From: an uncultured Pseudomonadales bacterium
GTDB taxonomy: Bacteria; Patescibacteriota; Microgenomatia; UBA1400; PJMF01
Reading direction: 5' to 3'
DNA: 64,000 nucleotides
Assembly (NCBI GenBank): GCA_964457085.1
Contig: CAYWDM010000001.1
Span: 111,690-175,689 of the forward strand
The translations under genes and the position numbers were made by a program. The first letter of the stretch is position 1. Each line of letters begins with the position of its first letter. Shown here one piece after another: positions 19,048 through 29,754 of this stretch. The notes below the pieces were generated by a model. The model saw only the letters and a program-made list of their open reading frames with translations, was not told where the DNA came from and did not search any database.

Positions 19048-20211
19048 TTATTTGGATTGTTTCCAAGTGAAAACGATGATTTGACGCTGCACCACTGCTT
19101 TTGGCCTGGCGTATAGCACCGGATCGACCGTAAGAGTATAGCCGAAGGGCTTAAGCTTGTCAAACAAGTTTTCGAGACTAAAAGTACGTTTTCCACTCTG
19201 GACATACGGGAAAACAACCACCACTCGTGCATCATTTTTCAACCATCTGCACCAGTGCTTAAATGAACCGAGATAGAGCTTTTCTAAACCTTTAAAGATA
19301 TTAGCCAAATCATCCAATTTTGGAGTTGGCTTACCAAGGAAAGGTTCAGTGACTAAATAATCAATTGAGTGGTCGGGGAATGGCAATTGCAGATTTGTGG
19401 CATCAGCTGCTTGGACAAACAGTTTCACTTTTGATTGATACTCGGCAGCGAACCAATTGATGTTGCTCAACGTACCTCTGACAGCAGTTTTATCAAGATC
19501 AGAACCGTGAGCTGCTAAACCAATCATGGCTGACTCGAGTAAAATAGTACCTGAGCCACAGAATGGATCTAATAGTTGCTGTTTGGAAAGTGTTTCAGCT
19601 GGTGTGTTGGCTGCAGCGATGTTGACCATAATTCGAGCCAACTTTGGGGGCAACATACCTTTTTTGCGATCAGCGTATGGTTTGTATCGATCACGAACTG
19701 TCCAGTCATCAATGTCTTGAACTGATAAGGTACGAGCTACAAAAACAGTACCTGCCTCATACACGAGGCACCAATCCTGCACTTTTGTTTGATGTAGTAA
19801 GACTGCTGCTGGCAAACCAGTACCTGGTTGCTTAAGATAACGACTCTTAATTCCCAGTTCGCGCAGTGCTACTTTAATTTCTTGAAGTGAAAATTGTTCA
19901 AAACCAGATTGACCAAACTCTGCAAATCCAAAATCAATACCGTTGGCTGCTGCATGTGGAGCCATGACATCAGCTAATTGGCGAAGCAACGATTGCTCGT
20001 CGTCAGGTAATGGGAAACTAGTTAGTACACCATACAGTTTTACGATACTACCAGAACGCTTGAAAATTGCTTGTGCCTCGAGGTCTGACTCTAATTCAAA
20101 TGCCAATAACTTATCACCACCCACAAACTCTGGCTTTTGACCAACAACCATTTCCAACTCAAGCTTTGATAAAGCTGGAGTCGCACCAACCAAAAAATAA
20201 TATCTGGACAT
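19048..20211 (-). CDS. THUMP-domain class I SAM-dependent RNA methyltransferase
   Basis: DPFCGSGTILLESAMIG methyltransferase motif I. An N-terminal THUMP-like region resembling the RlmL/TrmN family. Confidence 0.7.
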   Translation of the reverse strand: MSRYYFLVGATPALSKLELEMVVGQKPEFVGGDKLLAFELESDLEAQAIFKRSGSIVKLYGVLTSFPLPDDEQSLLRQLADVMAPHAAANGIDFGFAEFGQSGFEQFSLQEIKVALRELGIKSRYLKQPGTGLPAAVLLHQTKVQDWCLVYEAGTVFVARTLSVQDIDDWTVRDRYKPYADRKKGMLPPKLARIMVNIAAANTPAETLSKQQLLDPFCGSGTILLESAMIGLAAHGSDLDKTAVRGTLSNINWFAAEYQSKVKLFVQAADATNLQLPFPDHSIDYLVTEPFLGKPTPKLDDLANIFKGLEKLYLGSFKHWCRWLKNDARVVVVFPYVQSGKRTFSLENLFDKLKPFGYTLTVDPVLYARPKAVVQRQIIVFTWKQSK

Positions 20212-20531
20212 TAGGCTGTGATTTTGTCGATAGTCACCACAGTTTGCTGTTGGCGATGACCCATCGTACGGCGATATCTCGACTTAGATTTGTATTTAAA
20301 AACGCGAATTTTATCTGCCTGTTTGCGAACTCCGACACTCACAGCGACAACCGCACCATCAACAAGTGGCATACCGATGCTGTGCTTCTCACCATCAACA
20401 ACTAATAAAACATCAGTTATCTTGAGTGAATCACCCTCAGCTGAAGAATGTAGTTGGTCAACAACAAATTGATCTTGTTCTTGAACTTTGTACTGCTTGC
20501 CTTGTAATTGAATTACTGCGTATTTTGACAT
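20211..20531 (-). CDS. rplU: 50S ribosomal protein L21
   Basis: MSKYAVIQLQGKQYKVQEQD from the internal ATG at 20531. The track ORF extends further 5' in frame. Confidence 0.85.
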   Translation of the reverse strand: MSKYAVIQLQGKQYKVQEQDQFVVDQLHSSAEGDSLKITDVLLVVDGEKHSIGMPLVDGAVVAVSVGVRKQADKIRVFKYKSKSRYRRTMGHRQQQTVVTIDKITA

Positions 20532-20598
20532 GGGATGGATTATATCATTTCGAGGACATTTTGAAAGTCGCAGTCGGTTACAAACAATATGTGCGGAT

Positions 20599-21678
20599 TT
20601 AAACAATTTTTACCGATATTTTTGATGATTCAACTGCTATTTGACGATGAATCAATCCAAACGTCACGCAAGTTGCCAGTATTGAACTACCACCATACGA
20701 CAACAATGGTAGCGTGATTCCAGTGATTGGTAACAACCCAATGTTCATACCAATATTTATCCCTGTCTGTACAAAAAAATAAATACTAGTTCCAAGCAAC
20801 ATGAATTTTCCGCCTGTTTGCAACTGGTATTGCTTGTCAATTAACCAGGTAATCAACGATGCATAGGCCAATACTACAGTCAGTGTGCCAATAAATCCCG
20901 TTTCTTCAGCCAACGATGCGAAAATGAAGTCAGTTTGTCGCTCGGGCAAAAATCGCAAATGAGACTGAACACCCTGTCCCAAACCTTTGCCCCACAAACC
21001 TCCCGAGCCAACCGCGATTAGTGACTGGCGTGCATTGTATTGAGTGCTTGTTTCCTCGCTAACTTGCCACTGGGTACTAGGATTTAGAAATCCCAAGATT
21101 CGATCCTTTTGATATTGCTTAAATATAAATAGCCAAACAAACACCACACCGATAACCAATGCTCCCGCTGCACTCAACACAACTTTTCTAGGAATTCCAT
21201 ATAACAGTAACATTCCAAATATTGATAAGAAATAGACTACACCAGTTCCGAAATCAGGTTCAAGAAAAATTAATACTCCAGGAAGTATTGCGATCACTGC
21301 GACAAGCAAAAGTTTTTTCCCAACCAGCTTGATACCAGTAGAAAATATCTGGACTAAATACGCCATCACTATTGGCACTGCAAATTGCGAGGGTTGAATC
21401 TTTAAGCCATATCCAACCTCAAACCATCCAGTGGTACCTCTAGTTCGGTCACCAAAAAAAAGTAATCCTAGGAGCACAATTGTAAGTACAACATATATCC
21501 AAAATACAGATCGACGATACAGTGACTCAGGAAGTTGTGTCAGTAAAAAACAGCTAAACCAACCGCCACAAAAAAACCAAAATTGTTTATCAACTAAATC
21601 TGGGCTGATACTTTTGAGCACCACTAAACTAAAGACTGACAAAAAACCACCAATGAGCCACAGAATCGACGAACGCAT
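20599..21678 (-). CDS. SEDS-family peptidoglycan glycosyltransferase (RodA/FtsW paralog)
   Basis: Ten predicted TM segments and SEDS motifs. The ATG at 21678 (MRSSILWL) is preferred over the extended track start. Confidence 0.8.
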   Translation of the reverse strand: MRSSILWLIGGFLSVFSLVVLKSISPDLVDKQFWFFCGGWFSCFLLTQLPESLYRRSVFWIYVVLTIVLLGLLFFGDRTRGTTGWFEVGYGLKIQPSQFAVPIVMAYLVQIFSTGIKLVGKKLLLVAVIAILPGVLIFLEPDFGTGVVYFLSIFGMLLLYGIPRKVVLSAAGALVIGVVFVWLFIFKQYQKDRILGFLNPSTQWQVSEETSTQYNARQSLIAVGSGGLWGKGLGQGVQSHLRFLPERQTDFIFASLAEETGFIGTLTVVLAYASLITWLIDKQYQLQTGGKFMLLGTSIYFFVQTGINIGMNIGLLPITGITLPLLSYGGSSILATCVTFGLIHRQIAVESSKISVKIV

Positions 21679-21724
21679 GATTTGATTGTAGCAAGTGTTT
21701 TTACAACCACTGTGCCAAACTTTT

Positions 21725-24568
21725 TTACACAACGAGCAATAGCTTGGGTTCGTCACCAATGAGTAGTTTGGTGAAGGTTTTTTTCTCGATTTCGCTCTGC
21801 CAGCTTGTTGGCCAACTCTGCAATTGCATTGTTGCAACCTGTCCAACTTTCAAGCCTGCTTGTTTCCTCAGGTTTTGGATTTGGCGCATGATGTCCCGGG
21901 CTTCACCTTCAGCTTTTAGCTCGTCGGTCAAAACTGTATCAAAAACAGGTTCTACTTCCACTTCAGCAATTTTCCAAAATACCTGCTTCACATTGAGTTC
22001 TGACGCAATCACACCTGAAAGTGTATCTGCCATAGTTAGTGCTGTTGAAACAGTAAATGTCACCGATGCTAATGGTTGTCTGACTTTGACACCAGCTTCT
22101 TTGCGTTTTGCATGTGCAGATTCAACTAATTTTCGTACCAACACCATTTCACTATTTAGTACCTCATCAACTTGTGCACTCGCATATGTTGGCCAGTCAG
22201 TTAGGTGAATGGAGCTCTGTGCATCTACCATGGTGTGGTGAACCAACTCTGCAAAAAATGGTGCTACCGGTGCAAACATTTGAGCTAATGTGTAGAGTGC
22301 ATACCCAAAAGTTTGACTTGTTTCTGTTTGAGTTTGATCTTTAATTCGCTCTCGACTCAACCGCAAATACCATGTCGAAATCATATCTACAAATTCCATC
22401 AAGGATCTGCAAGCACGAATCACATCATAGCCATCCATATACTTGGTGACATCTCGAACCAATGTCTCTGTCGCACTGAGCAACCACTGATCCATAATGT
22501 TGGTAACTTTTTCTGGTTTTGTGAATCCAACTTCATGGTTTGCAAAAGTTTGATAGAAACCAAGCACATTCCACCAAATTACAAATACTTTGCGACGGAG
22601 ATCTGAAACTTCTTTTTCCGAAAAATTTAGATTCTCAGATTTCATCACCGTCGAACTCATCAGATATAGTCGCAAACTATCGACACCATATTTATTAATT
22701 AAGACCATAGGGTCGGGATAGTTTTTCTTAGACTTGCTCATTTTTGAACCATCTTCGGCGAGGATGGTCCCGGTGGTTAAAACATTTTCAAATGAAGGTT
22801 TCACAAAAATTCCCACTGAAAGTACATGCATGGTGTAAAACCAAGCTCGAGTTTGAGCTATGTACTCACTCACAAATTGTGCAGGGTAGTTTCGCTCAAA
22901 CAACTCTTTGTTTTCGAACGGATAATGCTGTGCTGCAAATGGCATTGAGCCAGATTCAACCCAACAATCAAAAACCTCGCTGGTACGTTTACCCTTGACG
23001 GTTTTAGCTTCATCAACCCAAACCTCGATTTCATCTAAAAATTCACGGTGGATATCTGTTAATTCGTTGACCAGTTTTGGCTCAACAGCCCACTGAGCAA
23101 GTTCCTTGCGAGAACTGATAACTCGTAGCAATTCAACACCATCGTTATTGGTGCCTCTCCAAATTGGCATTGGGGTACCCCAATACCGTGATCGTGAAAT
23201 ATTCCAGTCAGGTGCATTCTCCAAACCCTTCAAGAAACGGCCATGTTTGAGATGTTTTGGATACCAATTAACGTTTTCATTTTGAGCAATTAATTCACTG
23301 CGTAGTTTAGAGACATTGATAAACCAAGCTGGTAATGGTGCAAAATACAAACGAGTATTACAGCGATAGCAAGCAGGCACGCTATGCGTATGTGGTTTTT
23401 CAGAATACATCAAACCACGAGCCGCTAAATCCGCATTGACCAATGGATTGGTTTTTAAAATGTACATTCCAGCCCATGGAGTTACTTCACTACGTATTTT
23501 TCCTTCACTGTCTACATGCTCAACCAATTGCACATGCTCACGCTGCATTACCCGGTAGTCATCTTCGCCATATACAGCTAAAGTGACGATTCCCGTACCT
23601 TCTTCTGCAGTTACAAACTCATCAGCAATAACCACCCCAATTTTCTCTCCCTTACTGCGATCTGGATACCAATCATAGTGTGGCTCGAATTGCCATGCTG
23701 CCAAATCAGTTCCTGAATATCTCTCGACTATCTCATATGGCAACTCACCGAGCATTGCCAGTGTAGTTTCAGCTAAGACATAAAACTCATCTTGCTGGGA
23801 AACTTTCACATATGTCAAAGTGGGATTAACCGCCAGTGCAGGTGTCGCTAATTTATTCCATGGTGTGGTTGACCATGCTAATAAATAGGTTTTTTCCTGA
23901 CCAACAACTTTATATTTATAGGTATTTGCTGGTTCAGTTACCGTTTGGTAACTGTTATCCATGGCGATCTCAAAGTTTGAAAGTGGAGTAGCACATCGTG
24001 GACAGTACAAGATTACTTTTCGACCCTCATATATCAGTCCCTTGTTGTAGAGTTGGGCAAAGCCCCACCAAACAGATTCCATATAGGGAGCATCCATAGT
24101 CTTATAGCTATGTTCGAAGTCAACCCAGCGACCCAACCGGCCAATGATTTTTTCCCATTCGCTGTCTAAACGAAGCACTTCAGTTCGACAAGCTTGATTA
24201 AATTTGTCGATGCCAAGTGCTTCAATACCTTTTTTGCCACCTTTAATGTCGAGGTTTTTCTCGATCATATTCTCGATTGGCAAACCATGACAATCCCAGC
24301 CCCAAACACGCTCAACTCTTTTACCTCTCATGGTTTGGTAGCGAGGAATGACATCTTTTGTGGTCGATGCAAGCAAGTGACCATAATGTGGCATGCCAGT
24401 TGCAAATGGAGGGCCGTCATAAAAAACGTAGCTATTTTTGCTGTTTTTTGATTCGACAGATTTTTTAAAAGTACCGTCTTGTTGCCAAAACTGCTGTGTT
24501 TGCTCTTCCAACTCCGGAAGATTTGGTGGAGTAGAGAAGTTAAGTTGTTTTTTCATATTTTTTTCCAA
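21725..24568 (-). CDS. ileS: Isoleucyl-tRNA synthetase
   Basis: PHYGHLL (HIGH), WGWDCHGLPIE (IleRS-specific) and KMSKSKKN motifs; 947 aa. Confidence 0.9.
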   Translation of the reverse strand: MEKNMKKQLNFSTPPNLPELEEQTQQFWQQDGTFKKSVESKNSKNSYVFYDGPPFATGMPHYGHLLASTTKDVIPRYQTMRGKRVERVWGWDCHGLPIENMIEKNLDIKGGKKGIEALGIDKFNQACRTEVLRLDSEWEKIIGRLGRWVDFEHSYKTMDAPYMESVWWGFAQLYNKGLIYEGRKVILYCPRCATPLSNFEIAMDNSYQTVTEPANTYKYKVVGQEKTYLLAWSTTPWNKLATPALAVNPTLTYVKVSQQDEFYVLAETTLAMLGELPYEIVERYSGTDLAAWQFEPHYDWYPDRSKGEKIGVVIADEFVTAEEGTGIVTLAVYGEDDYRVMQREHVQLVEHVDSEGKIRSEVTPWAGMYILKTNPLVNADLAARGLMYSEKPHTHSVPACYRCNTRLYFAPLPAWFINVSKLRSELIAQNENVNWYPKHLKHGRFLKGLENAPDWNISRSRYWGTPMPIWRGTNNDGVELLRVISSRKELAQWAVEPKLVNELTDIHREFLDEIEVWVDEAKTVKGKRTSEVFDCWVESGSMPFAAQHYPFENKELFERNYPAQFVSEYIAQTRAWFYTMHVLSVGIFVKPSFENVLTTGTILAEDGSKMSKSKKNYPDPMVLINKYGVDSLRLYLMSSTVMKSENLNFSEKEVSDLRRKVFVIWWNVLGFYQTFANHEVGFTKPEKVTNIMDQWLLSATETLVRDVTKYMDGYDVIRACRSLMEFVDMISTWYLRLSRERIKDQTQTETSQTFGYALYTLAQMFAPVAPFFAELVHHTMVDAQSSIHLTDWPTYASAQVDEVLNSEMVLVRKLVESAHAKRKEAGVKVRQPLASVTFTVSTALTMADTLSGVIASELNVKQVFWKIAEVEVEPVFDTVLTDELKAEGEARDIMRQIQNLRKQAGLKVGQVATMQLQSWPTSWQSEIEKKTFTKLLIGDEPKLLLVV

Positions 24569-24588
24569 TCAGTTTTGCTGACTTAATC

Positions 24589-24672
24589 CAAAAAAGCCTG
24601 CACAACTGACCAATTACTTGATCAATTACGCAGGCTTCTTCACAAATGCAAAGAAAGGTACCAGCCTGGTAC
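24589..24672 (-). promoter_or_regulatory. ileS leader with two tandem terminator-like hairpins (putative attenuator)
   Basis: Minus-sense GGTACCAGCCTGGTACC + UUUCUUUGCAUUU. Then AAGCCTGC..(34 nt)..GCAGGCTTTTTT, ending 28 nt before the ileS ATG. Confidence 0.35.
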
Positions 24673-24838
24673 TACTTAATTTTCTGTGATTACGGACAGC
24701 TCCGGCTCGATCTAGTTTTCAATTCGCACTTAAGCAAATGAATTTCTGCAAGCACCTCGCGTGGTGATAGCCACACTCAAACGGATTTACATAGGTAGTA
24801 TAACACTCGAAAATAAATTGCGAAAAGACTACTTAAAC

Positions 24839-25027
24839 TCATCCAGACCCAAACTTTTTTTCTGCTTCTCTTTTTCTTGCCTCTTCCAATGCTTTTTCTA
24901 ACAACGCTGCTCGTTCCTGCCTTGCTTGTCGCTCAACTGCCTCTTGTCGCAGTTTTTCCTCGTATTCTTTCATCTTCTGTTTTCTCGCAGCTTCCTTAAT
25001 TGGGTCAAAAGGGTATGCATCAATCAT
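24839..25027 (-). CDS. Small highly charged coiled-coil protein (hypothetical)
   Basis: 62-64 aa, K/E/R/A-rich (EEKLRQEAVERQARQERAALLEKALEEARKREAEKK). Immediately downstream of ftsZ. No clear SD. Confidence 0.3.
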   Translation of the reverse strand: MIDAYPFDPIKEAARKQKMKEYEEKLRQEAVERQARQERAALLEKALEEARKREAEKKFGSG

Positions 25028-25069
25028 ATTCAATCTACATAAGGATTAATTTGATCCAACAAAATCAGG

Positions 25070-26398
25070 TTAAGATTTGCGTTGTCTCAAAAACGCGGGA
25101 ATCTCGAACTCATCGTCGAAATCATCAGAATTAGCTGGAGCACTCTGCTGTGCTGGTTTTTCAGCCACTCTAGTATTTTCAAAACTTGTGGAGCGAACAA
25201 ATGGTTGTTCTGCTTCATCTTCACCAGCTATCTGACCCATGGTTTGTGGTTGTGTAAATGCTGATGGTGCTCGGTCAATTTTGCCTGGCTCCTCATCACT
25301 ATCCGGCATGCCAGCTCTGGCAACTACCGTGCTTGGTGATGGTGATCGACGGCGTGAATCTCGGCTGTATGCTCCAAACATCACTCGTTGGTTATATCCA
25401 GGTCGCTCATCAAACCCAGTGGCGATAACACTGACTTTAATCTTGCTACCTAGCTCTTCATCAATAGTGGCACCAAAGATAATGTTTGCATCTGGATCTG
25501 CAGCATCAGCAATGATTGCAGAAGCATCAGAAACCTCAGACATAGTCATATCTGGACCACCAACGATGTTGTACAGAATTCCTTTAGCACCGGTAATAGA
25601 AACTTCGAGCAAAGGTGATGAAATTGCCATTCGAGCAGCCGTAGCGGCACGATTCTCGCCGGTTGACTCTCCAATACCCATGAGAGCACTACCAGAATCA
25701 AGCATGATAGTTTTCACATCTGCAAAATCAACATTAATTAATCCTGGAGTAGTAATCAAATCTGAAATGCCTTTGACACCCTGACCCAACACATTGTCAG
25801 CTAATCTGAAAGCATCCAGCAAGGTCATTTTCTTATCTACAACTTCCATCAAGCGTTGGTTGGGGATCACAATCAAAGTATCAACGACATCGGTTAGACT
25901 TTCGATGCCTTCTTCAGCGGTCTGCATCCGACGAATGCCTTCAAACGCAAATGGCTTGGTAACAACTGCGACAGTCAAAGCCCCAGATTCTTTAGCGATC
26001 TCAGCTACAATTGCTGAAGCACCAGTTCCAGTGCCACCACCCATACCAGCAGTAATAAACACCATGTCGGTATCAAATAGCAAATCTTTCAATTTTTCGC
26101 GACTCTCTTCAGCTGCAGTACGACCCACTTCAGGGTCGGCACCTGCACCAAGTCCACGAGTAAAATTACTGCCAATTTGAACTTTAGTCTCTGCTTTTGA
26201 GGTCAGCAATGCTTGAGCATCAGTGTTAATAGCAATAAACTCAACATTTTGAATTTGCTTGGACATCACCATCGAGTTGATAGCATTGCCACCACCACCT
26301 CCAACACCGATGACCTTGATCTTTGCAAATGTAGTATTGGATGGTTTAACGAGTCCCATAAGTTGGTGTGCGCCTCTGGCGCGATTCTTGTGTATCAA
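25070..26398 (-). CDS. ftsZ: Cell division GTPase FtsZ
   Basis: [13 protein letters not shown] and [18 protein letters not shown] tubulin signature. The track start is TTG; the true start may be the ATG 13 codons downstream (MGLVKP). Confidence 0.9.
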   Translation of the reverse strand: MIHKNRARGAHQLMGLVKPSNTTFAKIKVIGVGGGGGNAINSMVMSKQIQNVEFIAINTDAQALLTSKAETKVQIGSNFTRGLGAGADPEVGRTAAEESREKLKDLLFDTDMVFITAGMGGGTGTGASAIVAEIAKESGALTVAVVTKPFAFEGIRRMQTAEEGIESLTDVVDTLIVIPNQRLMEVVDKKMTLLDAFRLADNVLGQGVKGISDLITTPGLINVDFADVKTIMLDSGSALMGIGESTGENRAATAARMAISSPLLEVSITGAKGILYNIVGGPDMTMSEVSDASAIIADAADPDANIIFGATIDEELGSKIKVSVIATGFDERPGYNQRVMFGAYSRDSRRRSPSPSTVVARAGMPDSDEEPGKIDRAPSAFTQPQTMGQIAGEDEAEQPFVRSTSFENTRVAEKPAQQSAPANSDDFDDEFEIPAFLRQRKS

Positions 26399-26432
26399 AG
26401 TATAGCATAGCCATAACTACATACAGAATGTG

Positions 26433-27740
26433 TTATGGCAACACTGACTTAAATATTCCCATGATTTTTTGACCAATAGAACCTAGATTAAATGAGCTTA
26501 GGAAAGAAGGAAATGCACTTCCGGAAGACACAACCTCGCCACCACCTTGCTTAGCACCATATACGATCAGGCCAATACTGGTTGCATACGAAGGTTTATC
26601 AATATCACTAACTAGTCCATCTAGTTTCTTGGGATTCCCGATTCTGACAGGTAAGTTCAATGCTTTACGGGCAGTGTCAGCAATTCTAACTGTCTGAGCC
26701 CCACCTCCGCACAACACCAAGCCAGCAGGTACTCGACTCACCAAATCTTGCTCAACTAATTTCTCAGCAACTAAATCAAAAATTTCTTTAATTCGTGGAG
26801 CCATGATACCTTCAATCAAAGTGCGCTTTGATAATTTCTCACCACCATTGTCGACTCCTAATTTATCCAGATCTAATTGATCTGCCTTGCGACGTCGACG
26901 ATTTAGTTCCTCCTTAGATTCACCTGGCATTGGTTGGATAACTTGAAGATCTTCTAAACCGAGGGCTAACTTTACTTTTTCAGCTGCGTCCAAACTAATA
27001 CGGCAACCTAAGGCAATATCTTGAGTAATGTGACGGGCACCGATTGGCACAGATCCAGAATATTCTAAGCAACCATCAACATATGCACAAATTGAAGTGG
27101 TGCCAGCACCAATATCAATCGTGACCACTCCCAGTTCTTTCTCGGTTTCAGTCAAAACTACTTCTGCTGAAGCAAGTCCAGAAAATACAAAACCGTCCAC
27201 TTTGAGTGCTAAATCATTGAGACATTTTTCAAGATTCTTAAGCGAAGTGGTCATAGCACTAATAATATGCGCCTCTGACTCAAGTCGAACACCGGTCATA
27301 CCAACCGGGTCTTTAATACCTTCCTGTGAATCAACCTTAAAATCTCTAGGTACCACATGAATAATTTCGCGATCAGCTGGAAGTGAGATAGCACGAGCTG
27401 CTTCAATTACACGATTAATATCTAGCCGAGTAATTTCTTGATCTGGAGAAGCCACAGCCACTACGCCTTTTGAGTTGCGCGATGTAATGTGAGTGCCACT
27501 AACAGAAACGAACGCACTTTTTACTTCAAAGCCGGCCATACGCTCTGCAGCATCGACGCTTTCACTGATGGTATTGAGCACCTGCTCAAGATCAACAATA
27601 ACACTGCGTCGCATACCCCTTGAGGGAACCACTGAAACGCCAACCACACGCAGCAACCGATCTTCGTCGATAACAGCAATGAGGGTGACGCACTTATCAG
27701 TGCCCAGATCAATAACGGTAACTACTCGATTTTTTGACAT
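26433..27740 (-). CDS. ftsA: Cell division protein FtsA (actin-like ATPase)
   Basis: MSKNRVVTVIDLGTDKCVTLIA and conserved FtsA phosphate-binding motifs. Confidence 0.9.
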   Translation of the reverse strand: MSKNRVVTVIDLGTDKCVTLIAVIDEDRLLRVVGVSVVPSRGMRRSVIVDLEQVLNTISESVDAAERMAGFEVKSAFVSVSGTHITSRNSKGVVAVASPDQEITRLDINRVIEAARAISLPADREIIHVVPRDFKVDSQEGIKDPVGMTGVRLESEAHIISAMTTSLKNLEKCLNDLALKVDGFVFSGLASAEVVLTETEKELGVVTIDIGAGTTSICAYVDGCLEYSGSVPIGARHITQDIALGCRISLDAAEKVKLALGLEDLQVIQPMPGESKEELNRRRRKADQLDLDKLGVDNGGEKLSKRTLIEGIMAPRIKEIFDLVAEKLVEQDLVSRVPAGLVLCGGGAQTVRIADTARKALNLPVRIGNPKKLDGLVSDIDKPSYATSIGLIVYGAKQGGGEVVSSGSAFPSFLSSFNLGSIGQKIMGIFKSVLP

Positions 27741-27860
27741 ATCAACAACGAGTCATTTCTGTGTCTAACTATACAGAACTTAGAAGCAACTGTCGATAAG
27801 TTTATATGACTTATCACCAAATTGCTGCAGAGTAATCAGTACTCCAAGCTTACTCTAACA

Positions 27861-28667
27861 TCACTTACCTACAAATCTAATCACTGGAAACTTAAAACGC
27901 AAGTCAATTTCTGAAATTTTAGCCTCTGAAGTTCTCTCATTATTCTTGATTTCTTGTTCAATTAATTTTAGTCGTGCCAACTCAACTTGAGGAACTGATT
28001 TTGCTGCCACCAAAATACGTCTGCCATTTTGAAATAAAATTGAGATTTGATTGAGATCGTCGAATCCAATATAGGTAACCTCAGAACCAGCATCGTTTGC
28101 TGATTCAAGCCAATTGAGAATGAGTGAGTGCTCCTTTAGTGCCATGTTGTCAGTCCAAACCGCTTTTTGACTCCAAGCTTGACTAAAAAAACAAACTGGA
28201 ACCGAAATTTTTTGTGAAATTTGTTTAACCTTACCTTGCTCATTAACCACATACCACTCTTTTTGATCCTCCGTTACCAAATATTTTGGCTGGCTCACGT
28301 TAAAGTACAACTCAACTGTAGCGGGTAGTCGCTTACGAAGGTGAGTGAAATAAATAAGTTGATCTGACACTGAAATTTGTTGAATTTGTTGCAAACTGTT
28401 TTGGTCGTCGAGTTTTGAAAACAACAATGATTTACCATACAAGCCAGTTGCAGCCTGGCATTCTTGACTACTAATCTGTTGATTAGCTAGAAAACAATTA
28501 AGGTTTTTTATCACCAACCATTTCCAAAATAGCTGATAAAAACCAAAACAGAACACCGAAATCACACTTATAACGATAATAATTATTCCAACAATCTTTG
28601 CCACTTTTAAAACTTGAAGTGGATGTCGGTTTGCCTGTCCACTATGGCTACGATTATGGTGCAACAT
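27861..28667 (-). CDS. ftsQ: FtsQ/DivIB-like cell division protein
   Basis: Cytoplasmic N-terminus, one TM helix, then a POTRA-like and beta domain. Positioned between murG and ftsA. Confidence 0.55.
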   Translation of the reverse strand: MLHHNRSHSGQANRHPLQVLKVAKIVGIIIIVISVISVFCFGFYQLFWKWLVIKNLNCFLANQQISSQECQAATGLYGKSLLFSKLDDQNSLQQIQQISVSDQLIYFTHLRKRLPATVELYFNVSQPKYLVTEDQKEWYVVNEQGKVKQISQKISVPVCFFSQAWSQKAVWTDNMALKEHSLILNWLESANDAGSEVTYIGFDDLNQISILFQNGRRILVAAKSVPQVELARLKLIEQEIKNNERTSEAKISEIDLRFKFPVIRFVGK

Positions 28668-29754
28668 ATTTCATCAGTAAAAATAGCTTAGCAGTTGCAT
28701 CAATTGGCAAATGTAGTGATTGCAAACGAAGTTGTCTGAGTGCATACGTTCTATCCAAATCATCTATAGCAGCCAACAATTTTTGTGTCGATAACTCATT
28801 TTGCTCTAAAATGGTTGCCCCTCCGATACTTTCTAGCCATTTAGCATGTGCTTGCTGCTCACCATCAGCAGATCCAGGCAGTGGCACAAGTATGGCAGGC
28901 ACTGCCATAACTGCTAATTCATAGATTGTGTTTGCCCCAGACCGACAAATAGTTCGTGCATGTTGACGATATAACCAAAAGAGATCTTCGGCATTTAACC
29001 AAGCAGCACAGACATAATTTGGATATTCATCAGCCAATTTACGCAAACTTTGTTGAATACCATCCGCCTGAGTGCCGTCGTTGTGACCTATTTGATGCAC
29101 CACATACCATTTACTCAACAACTCAGGGAGAATTTTTAATACTGCCTGATTGATTGCTTGTGAACCCTGACTGCCACCAGTAACTACTAGAATTGGTAAG
29201 TTTTTATCATTTATATACCAAGTAGGCTGCGGCAAATTTTGATTAAAAGCAGCAGGACGTATGGCATTTCCAATCACACTGGTTGTTTGCTTTGGAAAAG
29301 TGCCCACTGTTTCTGGAAAACTAAGGGCAATTTGGTCCGCAAATCGTACAATTAATCGATTAGCCAAACCTGGTACCATGGTCTGTTCATGTGCCACAAC
29401 TTTAATCCGCAGTAATTTTGCAGCAAGCACCACGGGTACTGCCAAATAGCCACCAAATACTACTACTACATCAGGTTTAATTACTGATAATTTTTGAAGT
29501 GCTACTAAAATCGCCCAGACTAATTGTGGTAGTAACCATGGCCATTGCCATGTTCGACCAGCTAATTTGGGAGAATTAAATGCAATAAAAGTCGCTTTCC
29601 TTGCCTGGACCTCATCTGATTCAACAGCTTTCTGTCCTGGCCTACTAAAAATCCTCCCGAAAAACCACCACTGCACACCCAATTGGTGATGACTCGTGTG
29701 ATCCATTAGTGCTAGAGCTGGGGTTAGATGGCCGCCAACAGTTACTGCTTTCAT
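28654..29754 (-). CDS. murG: MurG (UDP-GlcNAc:lipid I GlcNAc transferase)
   Basis: VTGGSQGSQAINQAV and the GGY..P N-terminal region typical of MurG. Confidence 0.85.
   Translation of the reverse strand: MKAVTVGGHLTPALALMDHTSHHQLGVQWWFFGRIFSRPGQKAVESDEVQARKATFIAFNSPKLAGRTWQWPWLLPQLVWAILVALQKLSVIKPDVVVVFGGYLAVPVVLAAKLLRIKVVAHEQTMVPGLANRLIVRFADQIALSFPETVGTFPKQTTSVIGNAIRPAAFNQNLPQPTWYINDKNLPILVVTGGSQGSQAINQAVLKILPELLSKWYVVHQIGHNDGTQADGIQQSLRKLADEYPNYVCAAWLNAEDLFWLYRQHARTICRSGANTIYELAVMAVPAILVPLPGSADGEQQAHAKWLESIGGATILEQNELSTQKLLAAIDDLDRTYALRQLRLQSLHLPIDATAKLFLLMKYVAP

Noticed and set aside
25239-26180. Long antisense ORFs (181 aa and 128 aa) inside ftsZ, and similar ones inside ileS (21744-22606), ftsA, murA and mraY
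   Set aside because: Shadow ORFs on the opposite strand of strongly supported conserved genes. No RBS or motif support.
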